From assembly GCF_009914755.1 (NCBI RefSeq), contig NC_060931.1: 64,000 nt of DNA; one strand, written 5' to 3'. The number at the start of each line of letters is the position of its first letter. Position 1 is the first letter of the stretch. Source of the stretch: the human T2T-CHM13v2.0 reference genome, Homo sapiens. Position numbers and translations under genes: made by a program. Positions 1 through 14,324 of this stretch are shown here, one piece after another. The notes beneath the pieces are model-generated. The model was not told the DNA's origin and searched no databases. It was given only the letters and a program-made list of their open reading frames with translations.

Positions 1-1903
1 TCAGTGGTCGAATCATGACTGCCTGTTGCTTCTCAATGGTTTGAAAACAGTTTTTTGAAATGGCATTACATTTCTCATTTCTTCATGCTCTTCTTTCTTG
101 CTTATCTTTTCCACTTTTTTCTGCTTTGCTCCACCTGTTCTCTTGAGAAACCATCTCAATCCCTCCTGCTTCTTCCTACCTCATTCTCTCCCTCCCTTGC
201 TTCTTAATTTCCGTTCCCCTGAACCTTGCCAAATATGTTTTTTTGAACAGCTGATCAAAACTCATCAAGCACAATGTGATTTTCTCTTTCAAACTGTAGG
301 TAAAATGGAGAGGAATTAATCTGACCAAAGTGTGTGTCACCACATGCCATAGATTTTGTCTGGGGGCAGAAGAAGGGAAAAGAAGCTAACTTTATTATAG
401 AGGTCAGAGCAACCTCACAATGTCGATGTGGTTTCTGATTTATTGTAACACAGCAGAGATTCAAAAGGATTAATAGTCTAAGTGACCTAAATAATAATGA
501 GCGTGCAGAAGAACATGTTCTTCAACATGTTGCTTACTGCCGTAGAGAGAGTGGAGCTCTGAAAAAAATTTGCTTCTCCTGCTTGAAGAATACATTTTTC
601 TAGGGTGTCACTTATTAAGATGAAATTGATGTATTAAGAAACTCAGACTATTCCCAAATAATGGCATTATTTTTAAAACAAATGGAGTCTTACAGGAATA
701 GAAATAACCTATTATACTTGCAAAATACCAGCTTAAAATATACCACCAGAATATGCTATTTCTTCATTTTTGCCTCCCCACACTCCAGTCTCCATGAATG
801 CAAAGCACTCTTTCCTTAGACCCTACATTGAATTCTGATGGCTATGGTGTGACCATAGGAAGCCTCTGCATTTATCAGTAGTTTCCCTGAATCTTGGGTA
901 ATCATACAACTCATATTTCCAGAACTTTATCTTTTACATGTATTCTTTTTTATCAGACTCTCTTCCAAACATTGTCAGTATTCCTCTATCCCTGTCAGTC
1001 CACTCAATTCTTTAATTCTTTCGTAGATTTCCAGCCTCACTGAACCAGCTCACAAGTCACCCATGACCCGCCCAATGCCAAAACCAAGCTTTTCCCTCAG
1101 CCCTAGTCCTCCTCAGCCTTCCAGAGATAAGTGGAATTCCTGGGTTAATGCCTGCATTCAGGTTTTTCCCCAGGAACAAATGGTCACATTTTAAGGAGGA
1201 CTGGGGGAGAAATAGTCAAGGCCCTATGAACCCAAACTGGGAGGATTCCCCTGAAATAGAGGAACTCTGGTGTAATGAGAACATCTTCACAGAGCAGGTG
1301 AGGCAGATGATCTTCCTGATTGAGTTCCCAGAGGTGTCAGCTCACTCTCAGAAAAATGCAGAAGCAGCCCTGGCCCTACCCGAGGCCCCACACTCCCTAC
1401 AGTCCTCTGCTGAGCTCTCTGTTGCCTGCCAAGGTGGGCCACACTCTAGGAAAGCATCTCATTTAGAGAAATGCTGTCTTTAGAGATACAGTATTTGACC
1501 AACCCTGGAAGCAAAGATTAAGCTCCCTAAACCCGAAAACATTCACTCCTACAATGGTCCACTTGGGAAAATTCCTCTAAGAGACTCATTGATACCTTGA
1601 TTCTTGTTTTCTCCTTCTTCTCCCCTCTGGCTCTTCGTGTTCATACCCTTTATCTCCTCTACAGCAGAGATGGGGGTCTTAAGGTGGTTTATGGAAATAA
1701 CTTACTATGAGCGTTCATCGTTTTTAGAAATTGTACACGATGCAAGAGCTCCTTGGAGTCACAGGCTCTCAGCCTCTGTCTAGGGAGTGCCATTCCTATT
1801 TGGTTAGAGCCATTCTGCCCAGTGTATTCCTGGTGGCCTCTTTTTAAATCTCCCGTCCTTAGTGCTTGCCAGTATATACACTAATGTTGATATTAGCATG
1901 GGA

Positions 1904-2440
1904 CCATATGATGCAGAAATTCCACTTCTGGGTACCTATCCAAAATAATTAAAGGCAAAATTTCCAAGAGATATTTGTACACCATGCTACAGTAGCATTA
2001 TTCACAATAGTCAAAAAGTGGAAGTAATTCCAGTGTCCACTGAACAAACAAAATATGGATTCTACATACAATAGAATGTTATTCAGCCTTAAAAGGAAGG
2101 ATATTCTAATACATGCCACAACATGGATGAACCTTGAGGCCATTATGCTAAGTAAAATAAGACAGTCACAACAAACAATATGATTCCACTTATATGAAGT
2201 ACCTAGAGTAGTCAAATTCACAAATAGAGGAAGTGGAATGGTGGTTTTCAGAGGCTGGAGTGAGGGAGGAATGGAGATTGGTTGTTTAATTGGCATTGTT
2301 GCAGTTTTGCAGGATGAGGAGAGTTCTAAAGATTGGTCTCACAACCATGTCAATGTACCTAACGCTACTGAACTGTACACTTCAAAGTTAAGATGATAAA
2401 TTTGATGTGTGCATTTTGTCACAATGAAAAATAAAATTAA
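1904..2440 (+). mobile_element. Old L1 (L1M/L1MB-like) 3' end fragment
   Basis: ccatatgatgcagaaattccacttctgggta...gcattattcacaatagtcaaaaagtggaa...acatggatgaaccttgagg...actgaactgtacactt, ending A-rich; typical L1M ORF2 end and 3'UTR. Confidence 0.85.
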
Positions 2441-3548
2441 GTGTAAAACTATTTTAACCTGGAAGAGGAATTAGAAAGTAACATCACCACCAACAAAAAT
2501 ATTCAAAGAAGGTATTAATTCACTGAAAATTCCAAGAAGTGAGAGTTCACTGAGCAGGGAGGCAGAGCATTCAAGATGACCATTTAAGATGAACTGAGGA
2601 GGATAGGTAGGGATCCAAAGTGAAATGGAAACAGTTTTTAAAAAATTACTTGCATTTCCACTGAAGGGTGAATAATTGAGCCTTTACTGCTGTTTATTTT
2701 TCTAGCGTCTTATAAGCTGTTTATTTATGTTTAATTATATATTTGTTTTATATATATATATAATTGTTATATTTAATCAAGCTGCCACTTGATTAAAACG
2801 ACATCTTGGGTTTATGTGGGCAAGAGAATTCCAAGTGCCACCAAATCCCTCAGAACTAATTACACTGTAAAATATCAGCATCCTCAATGTAGAAGAGTTA
2901 ACCTTACTGTAATTTAGTATTCAATTATGAAAATATTGTATAATATCCTGAATTCTTATGAAATTATTATTTTTTTCATATTTCTGGGAAACAAAGCGAT
3001 GTATTTATTTCTGTTTTGTGGATTACCTGAGAAACAAGAAGATGAGACATGTGATACTATGTATGCTTCTAGTGCAAGGATCTTCTCATTATGAAATGCA
3101 TTACTTTGTGATGGTTATATGTGAGAGGAAGAATATGTCAAAATTGCCTGGCAAATCCTGCTTATTTTGATCTGCTCCATCTTTCTCAGCTTTGGCAAGC
3201 AAGCACAAAGATTGCAATTTCCCTTGTATGATCCCAGAAAGCAGATTGCTGAATCATGAGTCCTAACTTCAGGTTGAAGGTGAAAATAATTCCTTCAGGG
3301 AGTAATACATAGCTACAGTCTGCAGAATTAAGCTGATAAGAGATGACATTGCATTAGGAGGTTACAATAATAGGATCACCTTAAATTAAGCTCCCTGAAT
3401 GAATAAAATAAGCCTATTACTCTGTGGTTCACCTCAGCCTTGTAAAATGCCTGGCACATCAGAAGTTCTGGAAAAGTGTCAAATAGATGACATAAAAAAT
3501 GGGGTATTCTGATAATGCAGTGATGGGATTTGAGGATTATCATAAACG

Positions 3549-3790
3549 ATTCATTTTTTTTTCATTCAACAACTATTTCTCAACCTCTCACTTTGTGCTG
3601 GGTACCGTTCTAGGTGATTCAGCAGTGAATAAAAGAAAAAAAGTTATTTGTCCTTAGGAATCTTGCCTGCTAATGGGGAATACAGATGATTTTTTTAAAT
3701 CGTGAAAATGCTAAGAGAGAAGATTAAGTGGGAAGGGAGCTCTAAGATATCATGGTGTATGCTGAAATTTTAGCAAGGGTGGACCATGCA
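3549..3790 (-). mobile_element. L2 3' end fragment
   Basis: ttcattcaacaactatttctcaacctctcactttgtgctgggtaccgttctagg resembles the reverse complement of the L2 tail. Confidence 0.6.
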
Positions 3791-5287
3791 TAAATTAGGA
3801 AATTTCTAAGAATTAGAATACACAAAAGGCTGTGGTATTTAATACCATTCACCTAGTAGAGCACAAAGACCATTTGTGGGGTATGAGGGAAACTGAAATC
3901 TAGGTCTCGCTTTGTCACAAATTCATTGGGCAAGCCATGCTCTCCCCTGGGCTCAGCACGCAGCTGTCAAATGGACAGGTTGGGCCATGTGAACTCCACA
4001 CCTCTTACAGCTCTAAAGTTGTGTGAGCATTCATGTTTCTTTGATGATCTTAAAGACCCTTCAGGATCTTGCAATTCAGCACATAAAAACAAATTCCCAT
4101 GAAACACATTTTATTTGAGCTTCCTGGTCATTTAGATTCTGGATAAATAGGAATTTTTTGCCATCTATATAATGCATAATAAAATCAGGTCTTATAAGAT
4201 GCCTATAAACTTCCATACCTTTGTAATCATTTTCTTTTATAATTTCAGGTAAGGCAATTTGCTTCCCTTCATTAGAGATAAGTATAGGCACAGAGCAATT
4301 TATATGAGTTGATTATAGTGCATTTTACTATAATTCCATAGTAAAAAAGCCTGATTAGAATCACATATTCACTGTAGCACCTATTTTCTGACACAGTTCA
4401 GTATCATGCAGGTTCCTTAGAAATTGTCGGAGGGAATGTAATTATCCAAAAATGCTGAAATTACTTGTTGTAAACTAGCCTATGTGTTATGGATCCATGG
4501 CTTATACTAAAAGCCAGTTTTCAGGTAGAGTTGAATGTAGCTAGAGCTGCTGCCCCCAATGTGACATCAACATTTACTGAATTCATACAAAGATGTGTGA
4601 TTTTTTTTTTCCACAATGTTGGGATTATACTTCTAATTTGCCAAAGAAATAGCTAAGCTTTCTAGAGTATGGAGTCTGTCCAGATAATCTTGGTATAGTC
4701 TCCTTTTTTGGAGGGTGTGTGGTAGCGGGGGAATCATGTGGTCCCTGGAACTCTGTATGCAATTATTTGCTCTGCTGATAAAAAAAAATGTTTTATTGCT
4801 ACAAAAAGGGGTGTAGGTAGCTTGAAAATAGGTTTCGATTTAGTCATTGTACTAGAGTTCTGGGAAAACAAATTGTTCTTTTGAATTTCTGAACAATAAT
4901 AATTTGCTTAAGACATTTTGCACAATCATGATAAGTAACACATCTTGGTAAGGAAGTCTTGCATTGGCAGAGCATCTGTAGAAGGACTGCTACACAGATA
5001 ATGAGCACAGTTATGTTTAAATTAAATTAAGTGGGCACCAAGGGATAGAAGTAGATAGGGAAGGAGGAAGTAATTGAAGCAGCAAATAGTCCGAGGCACA
5101 GAAATGGAAATATGTGTAAACTCTGCAAATTTAAAAGTCACTTGATGCCATAAACTATTTTATTAATTTCTCTGGAGTTTTAAATTGGTACGAGTAATGA
5201 TGACTGTGGAAAAAAAATCAACATATGCGTCAGAATTGGGGAAGAATCTCTTTGTGTTTAGGCACTTTGGGACCGAAGGATATTTCC

Positions 5288-5455
5288 CAGATCCTCGATG
5301 TGCAAAGTGTGGTCCATGGACCAAAAGCATTCAGTATCCTGGGGACTTAATAGAGATGCAGGATTTCAGGCCCTGCCCAGACCTACTGAATCAGAATCTG
5401 CATTTAGCAAAGTCTCCAGGTGATATACATGCATATCGAAGTTTCAGAAGCACTG
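5288..5455. mobile_element. MER5A-like hAT-Charlie DNA transposon fossil
   Basis: gtgtggtccatggacc...caggccctgcccagacctactgaatcagaatctgcattt...ccaggtgat...gtttcagaagcactg. Confidence 0.8.
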
Positions 5456-5476
5456 CCCCAGAGTTGCTAAAACAGT

Positions 5477-6085
5477 TCATTCATTCATTCATCAAACGTT
5501 TTTAGCACCTCTTTCGTATGCCAGACATTAAACTAGACAATAGGAGGGAGAGATCATTAGAAACATAGGTAAGACATGGTCCCTGCACTCAGGGAACATA
5601 TAATTGAAGTGGGACATATGAGATATGAGGCTGAGACAGGTGGATCACCTGAGCTCAGGAATTCGAGGCCAGTCTGGACAACATGGAGGAGGCCTGTCTC
5701 TACAAAACATACAAACATTAGCCCAGTGTGGTGGTGTGTTTGTACATGTTACGCCGGAGGCTGAGGAGGGAGGATGGCTTGAGCCCAGGCGGCAGAGGTT
5801 GCAGTAAGCCAAGATAGTGCCACTGCACTCCAGCCTGGGCAGCAGAACGAGACCCTGTCTCAAAAAAACAAAAACAAACAAAAAACAGATGTGTGGTACT
5901 TGACTGTAGGATGCCAGGGTGGAGAATGTAGATGATGCCCCAGTGTTAGCCCTGGGTCCATGAGTGTTGCTGTGTTTACAGAAGACTAGGGGTTAAAGAG
6001 AATATGTCTAGCCTTGAAATGTTGGGTTTTGAGGCAGCTGTGGAATTTTTCAGGTGGAAATGTCTAGTAGGCAGTTGGATCTTGG
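5477..6085 (-). mobile_element. L2 fragments interrupted by an Alu
   Basis: ttcattcattcattcatcaaacg tail, agacatggtccctgcactcaggga, and ggtggaaatgtctagtaggcagttggat. Confidence 0.6.
5627..5886 (+). mobile_element. 5'-truncated AluJ-like element
   Basis: Starts at gaggctgagacaggtggatcacctgagctcagga; right arm ggaggatggcttgagcccagg; A/C-rich tail. Confidence 0.9.
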
Positions 6086-6087
6086 GG

Positions 6088-6310
6088 CAAGGATCAGTAA
6101 ACTATGGCTGCACAGACCAACTCCTGGCCTCCACTTGTTTTTGCAAATAAAGTTTTATTGGAACCCAGCCAAATTAATTGGCCTACATATTGTCTCTAGC
6201 TACTTCCACACAATAAGGACAGAGTTGAATAGGTGCGACAGAGACTAGGTGGCCCACAAAGCCTAAAATATTTTCTCTCCAGCCCTTTACAGGAAGTTTG
6301 TCGACTCCTT
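6088..6310. mobile_element. MER58A-like hAT-Charlie DNA transposon, full length
   Basis: Degenerate terminal inverted repeats caaggatcagtaaact / agtttgtcgactcctt; internal tttttgcaaataaagttttattggaac and ggcccacaaagcctaaaatattt. Confidence 0.85.
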
Positions 6311-7889
6311 TCCCAGAGGGTTCTAGAGAGGTCTGGAATGGAGAAGCCATGTGGAATTCATCCAGGCCTGAGGGGGCTGCTGAGCCTGTCCTGGGAGGAT
6401 GTAGAGTGAGAAGAGACAAGGGCAAGGTCAGAGCCCTAAAAGAGACACTTCTTCACAGGCTCTTATTGCACCTCAGGTAGCTCCCTGAGCCAGTCACAGT
6501 CATTTTTTTCCTGGTAACTTTTGCTGCAGTTATTTGATTTTTTTTTTACCTTGGCATTTGCAAATTGATTAAGCCAAGAAACTTGTACTAGTTCAGTGAA
6601 CCACCTTGTATCTAATTTATAATCCTAAATTAACAGATTCTGCACAGTAACAAATAGCTATTACCTTTAAATGAAAGCTGCAGGGAACATTATAGTTTGG
6701 GCCTAACAATAGAGAAGAATCTCATCTTCCCATGAAATAGAAAGGAAAAATTTAATTTCCTTGTAAATTTGTTTAGCTTGACTCTTATGGCTGGCAGGGC
6801 TGTGCAGAGGTGCTTATAGCTCCTGGAAGCTCCAGTTTCCTTAATACAAGCCCCAGAGTAGTGCACACCGCAAGCTGACTTGTTCTCCACTCTTTGTCCA
6901 GTTGGGAGGCAGCCCCTCCCCTCAGACACAGGGCAGAGGCTAAGACGGGAACTGAGGGAGAAACGGGATGCTTCTGTAGGACATGGTTTCGTGCATAAAC
7001 ATGCAACTATGTGTGTGAAATTTGCACATTTAAAAGCCATTGTCTACCATAAACTCTTATGTACTTCTTGGGAGTTTTGTAAAGGTCTTCCTGCATGAAA
7101 CATTTTGATGGAATCATCACAAAAAGAAAAAGATTCAAGCATCAGTTCTCAGCACGTCTTTGTTAACAAAAATAACACAGATCGCTTTAAGTACTAGGCT
7201 CCAAGCGAGTTGAGGTTGAGTGATTTCTACATGTTGAGGGGAGGAGGAGGAGAAAAAAGTTGTGGGTGCAAATCAGCTCAGCACCTTCATTATTGGTGCA
7301 GAAAGTCAACTATCACCTTTATTTTTATACTAGCACCAAAGTGTGCTTTGTATTCTCTGGAGCCAGGCATGGTGCATGGTGCTTTCCCAGATGTCCTTTA
7401 ATTTAACATCCTGTGGACACTGTTCAGATACAATGCAGCTGCCAAAATTGTTGATTTATATTTGATATAAGGTCAAAGGGTCCAGGAGCTCTTTTGATAA
7501 AAGATAACACTAGGTTAGCATGAGATTTCGCTGTCAGATTAGCACTCCCGAGTTGGCCTCCATTTCCACAAAGCTACTTTATTTCCAGCATTTCTCTTCA
7601 CTCCCATGGGTGCCTGAGGCTGTCTGTTCACAATATTGCAGTGTTGGGATTTTCTTACAGGGCCGTGGCTCATCTGGGCATTTGTTTACTCTGGAACCGA
7701 GTGGCACCAAGCCCTTCGTCACATCTAGCTTTTTCACAGTGAACGAGCCAGTGTTGTCGTGACCAGTGCCTTTGTGCCCCTTCCCCTCCCCGACCTCACT
7801 GGCCCTGGCTTTTGGTTATTTCTGCATTTTCGTGACTCTTTACTAGAGAAAAATATGTGTAAAGTGGGGAATTGATGAGTAGGATGCTG

Positions 7890-8115
7890 GTCATCAATAT
7901 TCAGTGAGGAACTCTGCTCAGCACTTACATCAGCTCACTGAATCCTTCCAGTCTCCCTGAGGAGTGTGTCCAATAGATTTCTCTATTAAAGAGGAAGCAA
8001 CAGAGGTTTAGAGAAGTGAAAGCATTTCCCCAGGGTCAAAACCAGAAAGTGGCAGAACTAGATTAGAACCACATGTCGTCTGTCAGACCAGAGCAGAGCT
8101 CTTAACCACCATGCC
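7890..8115 (-). mobile_element. MIR fragment
   Basis: gaggaagcaacagaggtttagagaagtgaaagcatttccccagggtca...gtggcagaactagattagaacc resembles the reversed MIR core. Confidence 0.65.
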
Positions 8116-9214
8116 GAGTGACAACATGAACTTGAGACACAGGAGAATTGGGTCCCAGAGCCACCAAACTGTGGCTTCTAATTTTTGCAGTCTCTGTCTC
8201 AAGGGAAGATATCCATTTGTCACCCCCTCGCCCCCTGCAGGGGGTTGCTAATCAGGTTGACAGAGCCCTGCAGGTCTGAATAACAAGGGCATCCTTGCAA
8301 AGGTTTGCCAGGGTGGCTTTTTGATGGCCTCCCCACAGATTTGTGATCACACATTTTCTGCAACTTTATTATAAAAAATTCTCTTTATGGAAAGAGAGAA
8401 ACCCGAGTAAATATGAAAGAAACATCAAAACCAACAGAGCAATTTCTAGGATATGGCATCGTTCCTCACTCACATCTAACAGCTAGTTGGATCCCAGATG
8501 CTAATTGGAATAGTAGTAATATTAATGACTGTTCCCAAATCTTGTTATCAAACTGTCTCGTCACCCACACTAGATGCCTATTTCCCTGGGGTTCTGTCCT
8601 TGCATGCTTTCTTTCTCTTTGTCCTGGCACTCCTTCCAGGATGAGGGAACATCTTTTTCTGTCAGGTGGTGGCCACCTGGTCCATTCTTTCCAGTCTTCT
8701 CACATGTTCTTTCTTCCTTTCACCTCATATCCTGTTTGCAAAGGTGAATCTGCTGCAGGCATAGAGACCACATGGGTCCCATCTCGATTTATTCTCAGGC
8801 ACCAGAATCTGAATCACTTAAAATGAGGTCCAATACTAGGAGCAATTGGTAAATTTCTCCCTCATGGGACATTCTAAAGTGGCTTCTTTTAAAACTTCCT
8901 TGAGAATGAGATCGCTTTAAAACCTCACTATTTATTTTACAAAACGGTCTAGGGAAGATGCTTACAGATTGTTAGCAGTTCTGGTTGCAAAGCTTCATTA
9001 CAGAAAATAGTTGAAAATTTTTTCAGAAATTAAGATTCTGGGTTATCTGTGCATTTCATTTATACATGCTTTTCTAATATTGTCCCTCTTGTGCAGACAA
9101 CCCAAGATCTTATTGCAGGTGAGTAGAGAATAGATTTGTTTCAGCCACCATGCTAAGAGTTTGCTGTGCTCAGCAGTCTATAGAGTGAAAATGGAGACTC
9201 ACATGGAACGCACA

Positions 9215-9748
<534 letters not shown>

Positions 9749-10760
9749 AAACCCACTTTTCTATACCTTCTGACAGACAAGGAAGGTTTAACACCTCCTT
9801 TGCAGATCTTATGGATTAGTCAGAGAGACATTTGCCAATCTAATTTAAGGCATACTGTGTTAAATACCATAATAGAAACATAAAATAGAGTGCTCTTAGC
9901 CCTTGGATATTTTCATGTGTTGTTAAAAGCCATTTTGGATCTGCTTCCCATCCCAGAGAATTATCAACCCCTCAGATAATTGAGGAAAATGAAGTAATAT
10001 GAGGTAAAGGGCTATTCAAACTGGCTTTGCTTGTCAGTCACCACTCCTAGGGGCCAAATGGCTTTTCTCACATCGTTTCCTAAAGGCTCTGTTTGTCTCC
10101 ACCAGCAGGTCTCTGCCTTCCCTGGAACGAAATGTGTGGGCTCAGTCCTTGATTATGGTTGCTTTCAAATGCTTTGTAGCAGGGGCAGTGTCCTGCAGAA
10201 AGGTGGGATGTGGCTTTAACCCATGACAATAGAGATTGGTAAAGAACCAGGTTACAAATTCTAAACCCCACACCCCTGTGATGATGGAACAGCCTTTGCC
10301 AAATCTCCCCAAGCTTCTCCAGCTACAAAATGGGCAAAATAAAACTTCTCTTTCTCCTCCTCCTCTTCCTACTCCTCCTCCTCCTCACCTAGTAGGAGTA
10401 TTGTGAAGATAAAAAGCAATAATTGGTGTGAAAATGCCCTGAGCTCCATAGATGAAAGCTCTCTATAATGTCAACATATCATTACACTGACTTTATTAGG
10501 ATTTCAATACGGTTCTGTGGCTCATAGAAGTAGCTCTTTCAGCTGGTCATATGAAGTCCTAGGTCTTTATTCCACAAAGGAATTATTTACTGCAAATATA
10601 GTCAGGTCAACACTATTCCTAGTCAGGGACGGCCTAGAGTTAGAGGATAGACATGCCTCGATTTGGGAAGCACTGTGTAGCCATGCCTAACAGCTTCTTG
10701 TAATGGGGAACGACCTACCTCCTGAAGCAACTTTTGGAGACCACTAGTGTGCTTCCTTGT

Positions 10761-11061
10761 GGCTGGGTGCGGTGGCTCATGCCTATAATCCCAGCACTTC
10801 GGGAGGCCAAGGATCACGAGGTCAAGAGATCGAGACCATCCTGGCCAACATGTTGAAACTCCATCTCTACTAAAAATACAAAAATTAGCTGGGTGTGATG
10901 GCATGCACCTGTAGTCTCAGCTACTTGGGAGGCTGAGGCAGGAGAAATGCTTGAAACTGGGAGGCAGAGGTCGCAGTTGAGCCAAGATCGTGCCACTGCA
11001 CTCCAGCCTGGCCAGAGAGTGAGAATCCGTCCCCCCCGTTCCCCCCCAACAAAAAAAGAAA
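10761..11061 (+). mobile_element. AluSc-like element
   Basis: aagagatcgagaccatcctggccaac; TSD gtgcttccttgt (10749-10760) / gtgcttgcttgt (11062-11073). Confidence 0.92.
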
Positions 11062-11356
11062 GTGCTTGCTTGTATTGGCACTGGTTCTCTTTCTCTGCAG
11101 CCTTGGACTTCGCAGAGCACATCAACATCTGACCTTTCAGATGTTTGAAGATGGACACCCTGCTCACTCAGAGACATTGCTCACTCAACTTTCTTCAGCT
11201 GTGTCTTACATGATGAGGTTTTGAATCCTCTCCTCCAGACGTATTCCAATCCCAGAACTACACTCCAGGTAGTCTGACCAAAGCAGATGGCCCCCTCATT
11301 ATTCTGCTACCACAGCCTAAGATTACAGAGTTTTTGGTAGCTTTGTCATACTTTAC

Positions 11357-12392
<1,036 letters not shown>

Positions 12393-14002
12393 TTACTATT
12401 AGAGTGACACTGTTGACAATCTCTGCATCTGTACCATATGTACCCCTGCTAGATCGTGTCTTCTAACATCAGCTGTGACTTTTTTTTTTTTTTAATTTTT
12501 GACAGAAAGTTACATCTATCTCTCAACTGAAAATTTTATTGAATTTGGTGCCAAGCTATTCAGGTCTTTTTAAATCCACATTTTGCTGTCTAATATATTA
12601 ACCACCCCCTGCAGGTGGTAATCCAAGCTTCTGGGCATTTATTCTAGAAAGAGTAAAGGGTTTATTTCTTGTAAATATAGGGAAGTTTAATTTGATCCAC
12701 TGTACATGGATAGTTTTGATAAGAATGCTCCCTGCTTTTGATTAAATATTCCCTGGGATAAGAACAAGAAATACTTTCCTATCAACTAATGCATGCCCTT
12801 TGTAACTCTATAATTGTCAATCATCAAGTTATTGAGCTACCTGTCTCTGTGTCTAAAATGCTTTGCTGAAGTCCCCCTTGTCTGCTTCATTTTCTCTGGT
12901 CTCTCAGGTTTGTGGATTGGGTTGGCTCCTAGGGCACCACCATTTTTGACTCCCTTTACAGTCTATCCATTATTATTTCTGGGATCAATTTCTAGCTGAG
13001 CCACCTGTACCTTTGAGAATTCTCCCTTTCTCCCTTTTAAAAATTGTAGGCATTTGCCTAATTCCTTGATTCTGTCCCGCTCTGATGGATCATGTCTTCC
13101 TCAACAGACTCTCCCAGCGGGTTGGCCATGTCATTTGATTTTCCTCTAAGCCCATGACACAGTTTGCCCAGATGTGAGATTTGAATTCATTTGGAGCAGT
13201 AGATGTTTTCGTCCTACCCATTCATCACGCCTTGGGGTCTGCTTTCTTTGTTTTGTCCTTGGCAATCCAAAGGCACTCCTCCTTAGTAGGAAAGCCAATG
13301 GCAGCTGGAAAAGGAATTGAGCGCTCTTTTTGACCTCCATCAGCACCATACTATGAAAGGCAGCCAATTGTCTCAGGCCTTCTTTGATGTTCTCCTGGTT
13401 CTGAGCCTCACAAAGTTCTTTCAAATGTTACTTTCAGTCTTTAAGTGAATCTTATTAAAATGGGAGTACCTCTGAGAAGGGTTATACTTTGAAACATAAT
13501 ACAACCAGTGAGGTGCTAATATCTTTGCAAAGCTGCTAACTCAGCCTATGCAGTTGCAGGAGTGGGTGTGGCTTTTAAAGGAAAACACCCTGAATTGCTC
13601 ACTTACGGCTGGTCTGAAAAATATTTCCTTCCCAGGACACTGTACCTGGCACCACTGAATGGTGAAGAGCCGCCCATTTTCTTTAGGGGAAATGCTCCAT
13701 CTTGGAGTATGTTTGCAGGAACTGAAGTAAGAGATGTAGCTGAAAAAAACTTGAATTAGGAGTTAGGAAAACTGGACCATATTTTCATGATCTGCTTCTA
13801 AATAGACTCTGAGACCTCTGTGTCCTTCTCTATAACATGAGAACATTGGATCAACTTTAAATCATCTGTAAGGTCATTCCCAGCATGTGATTCTAAGATA
13901 CTTTCTCCTAATCTTATCCCGTCTTTACCACTATAGTTGGCTGTGTGTCCTATATGCAAGTCACGTCACCTCTTTGGGTCTTCGTCGATTTTAGAGAAAT
14001 TA

Positions 14003-14324
14003 TTGTTTGTTTGTTTGTTTGTTTGTTTTGTTGTTGTTTTTTTTTGAGACGGAGTCTCACTCTGTCGCCAGGCTGGAGTGCAGTGGCGCAATCTCGAATC
14101 ACAGCAACCTCCGCTTCCTGGGTTAAAGCGATTCTCCTGCCTCAGCCTCCCGAGTAGCTGGGACTACAGGTGAGTGCCACCATGCCCAGCTAATTTTTGT
14201 ATTTTTAGTAGAGACGGAATTTCACCATGTGGGCCAGGCTGGTCTTGATCTCCTGACCTTGTGATCCGCCTGCCTTGGCTTCCCAAAGTGTTGGGATTAC
14301 AGGTGTCAGCCACTGCGCCTGGCC
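14003..14324 (-). mobile_element. AluS (AluSc-like) with (GTTT)n tail
   Basis: Full dimer; ctgtcgccaggctgg and tgaccttgtgatcc. Confidence 0.92.

Noticed and set aside
1949-2296. 115-aa minus-strand ORF
   Set aside because: Antisense reading of the old L1 3' end
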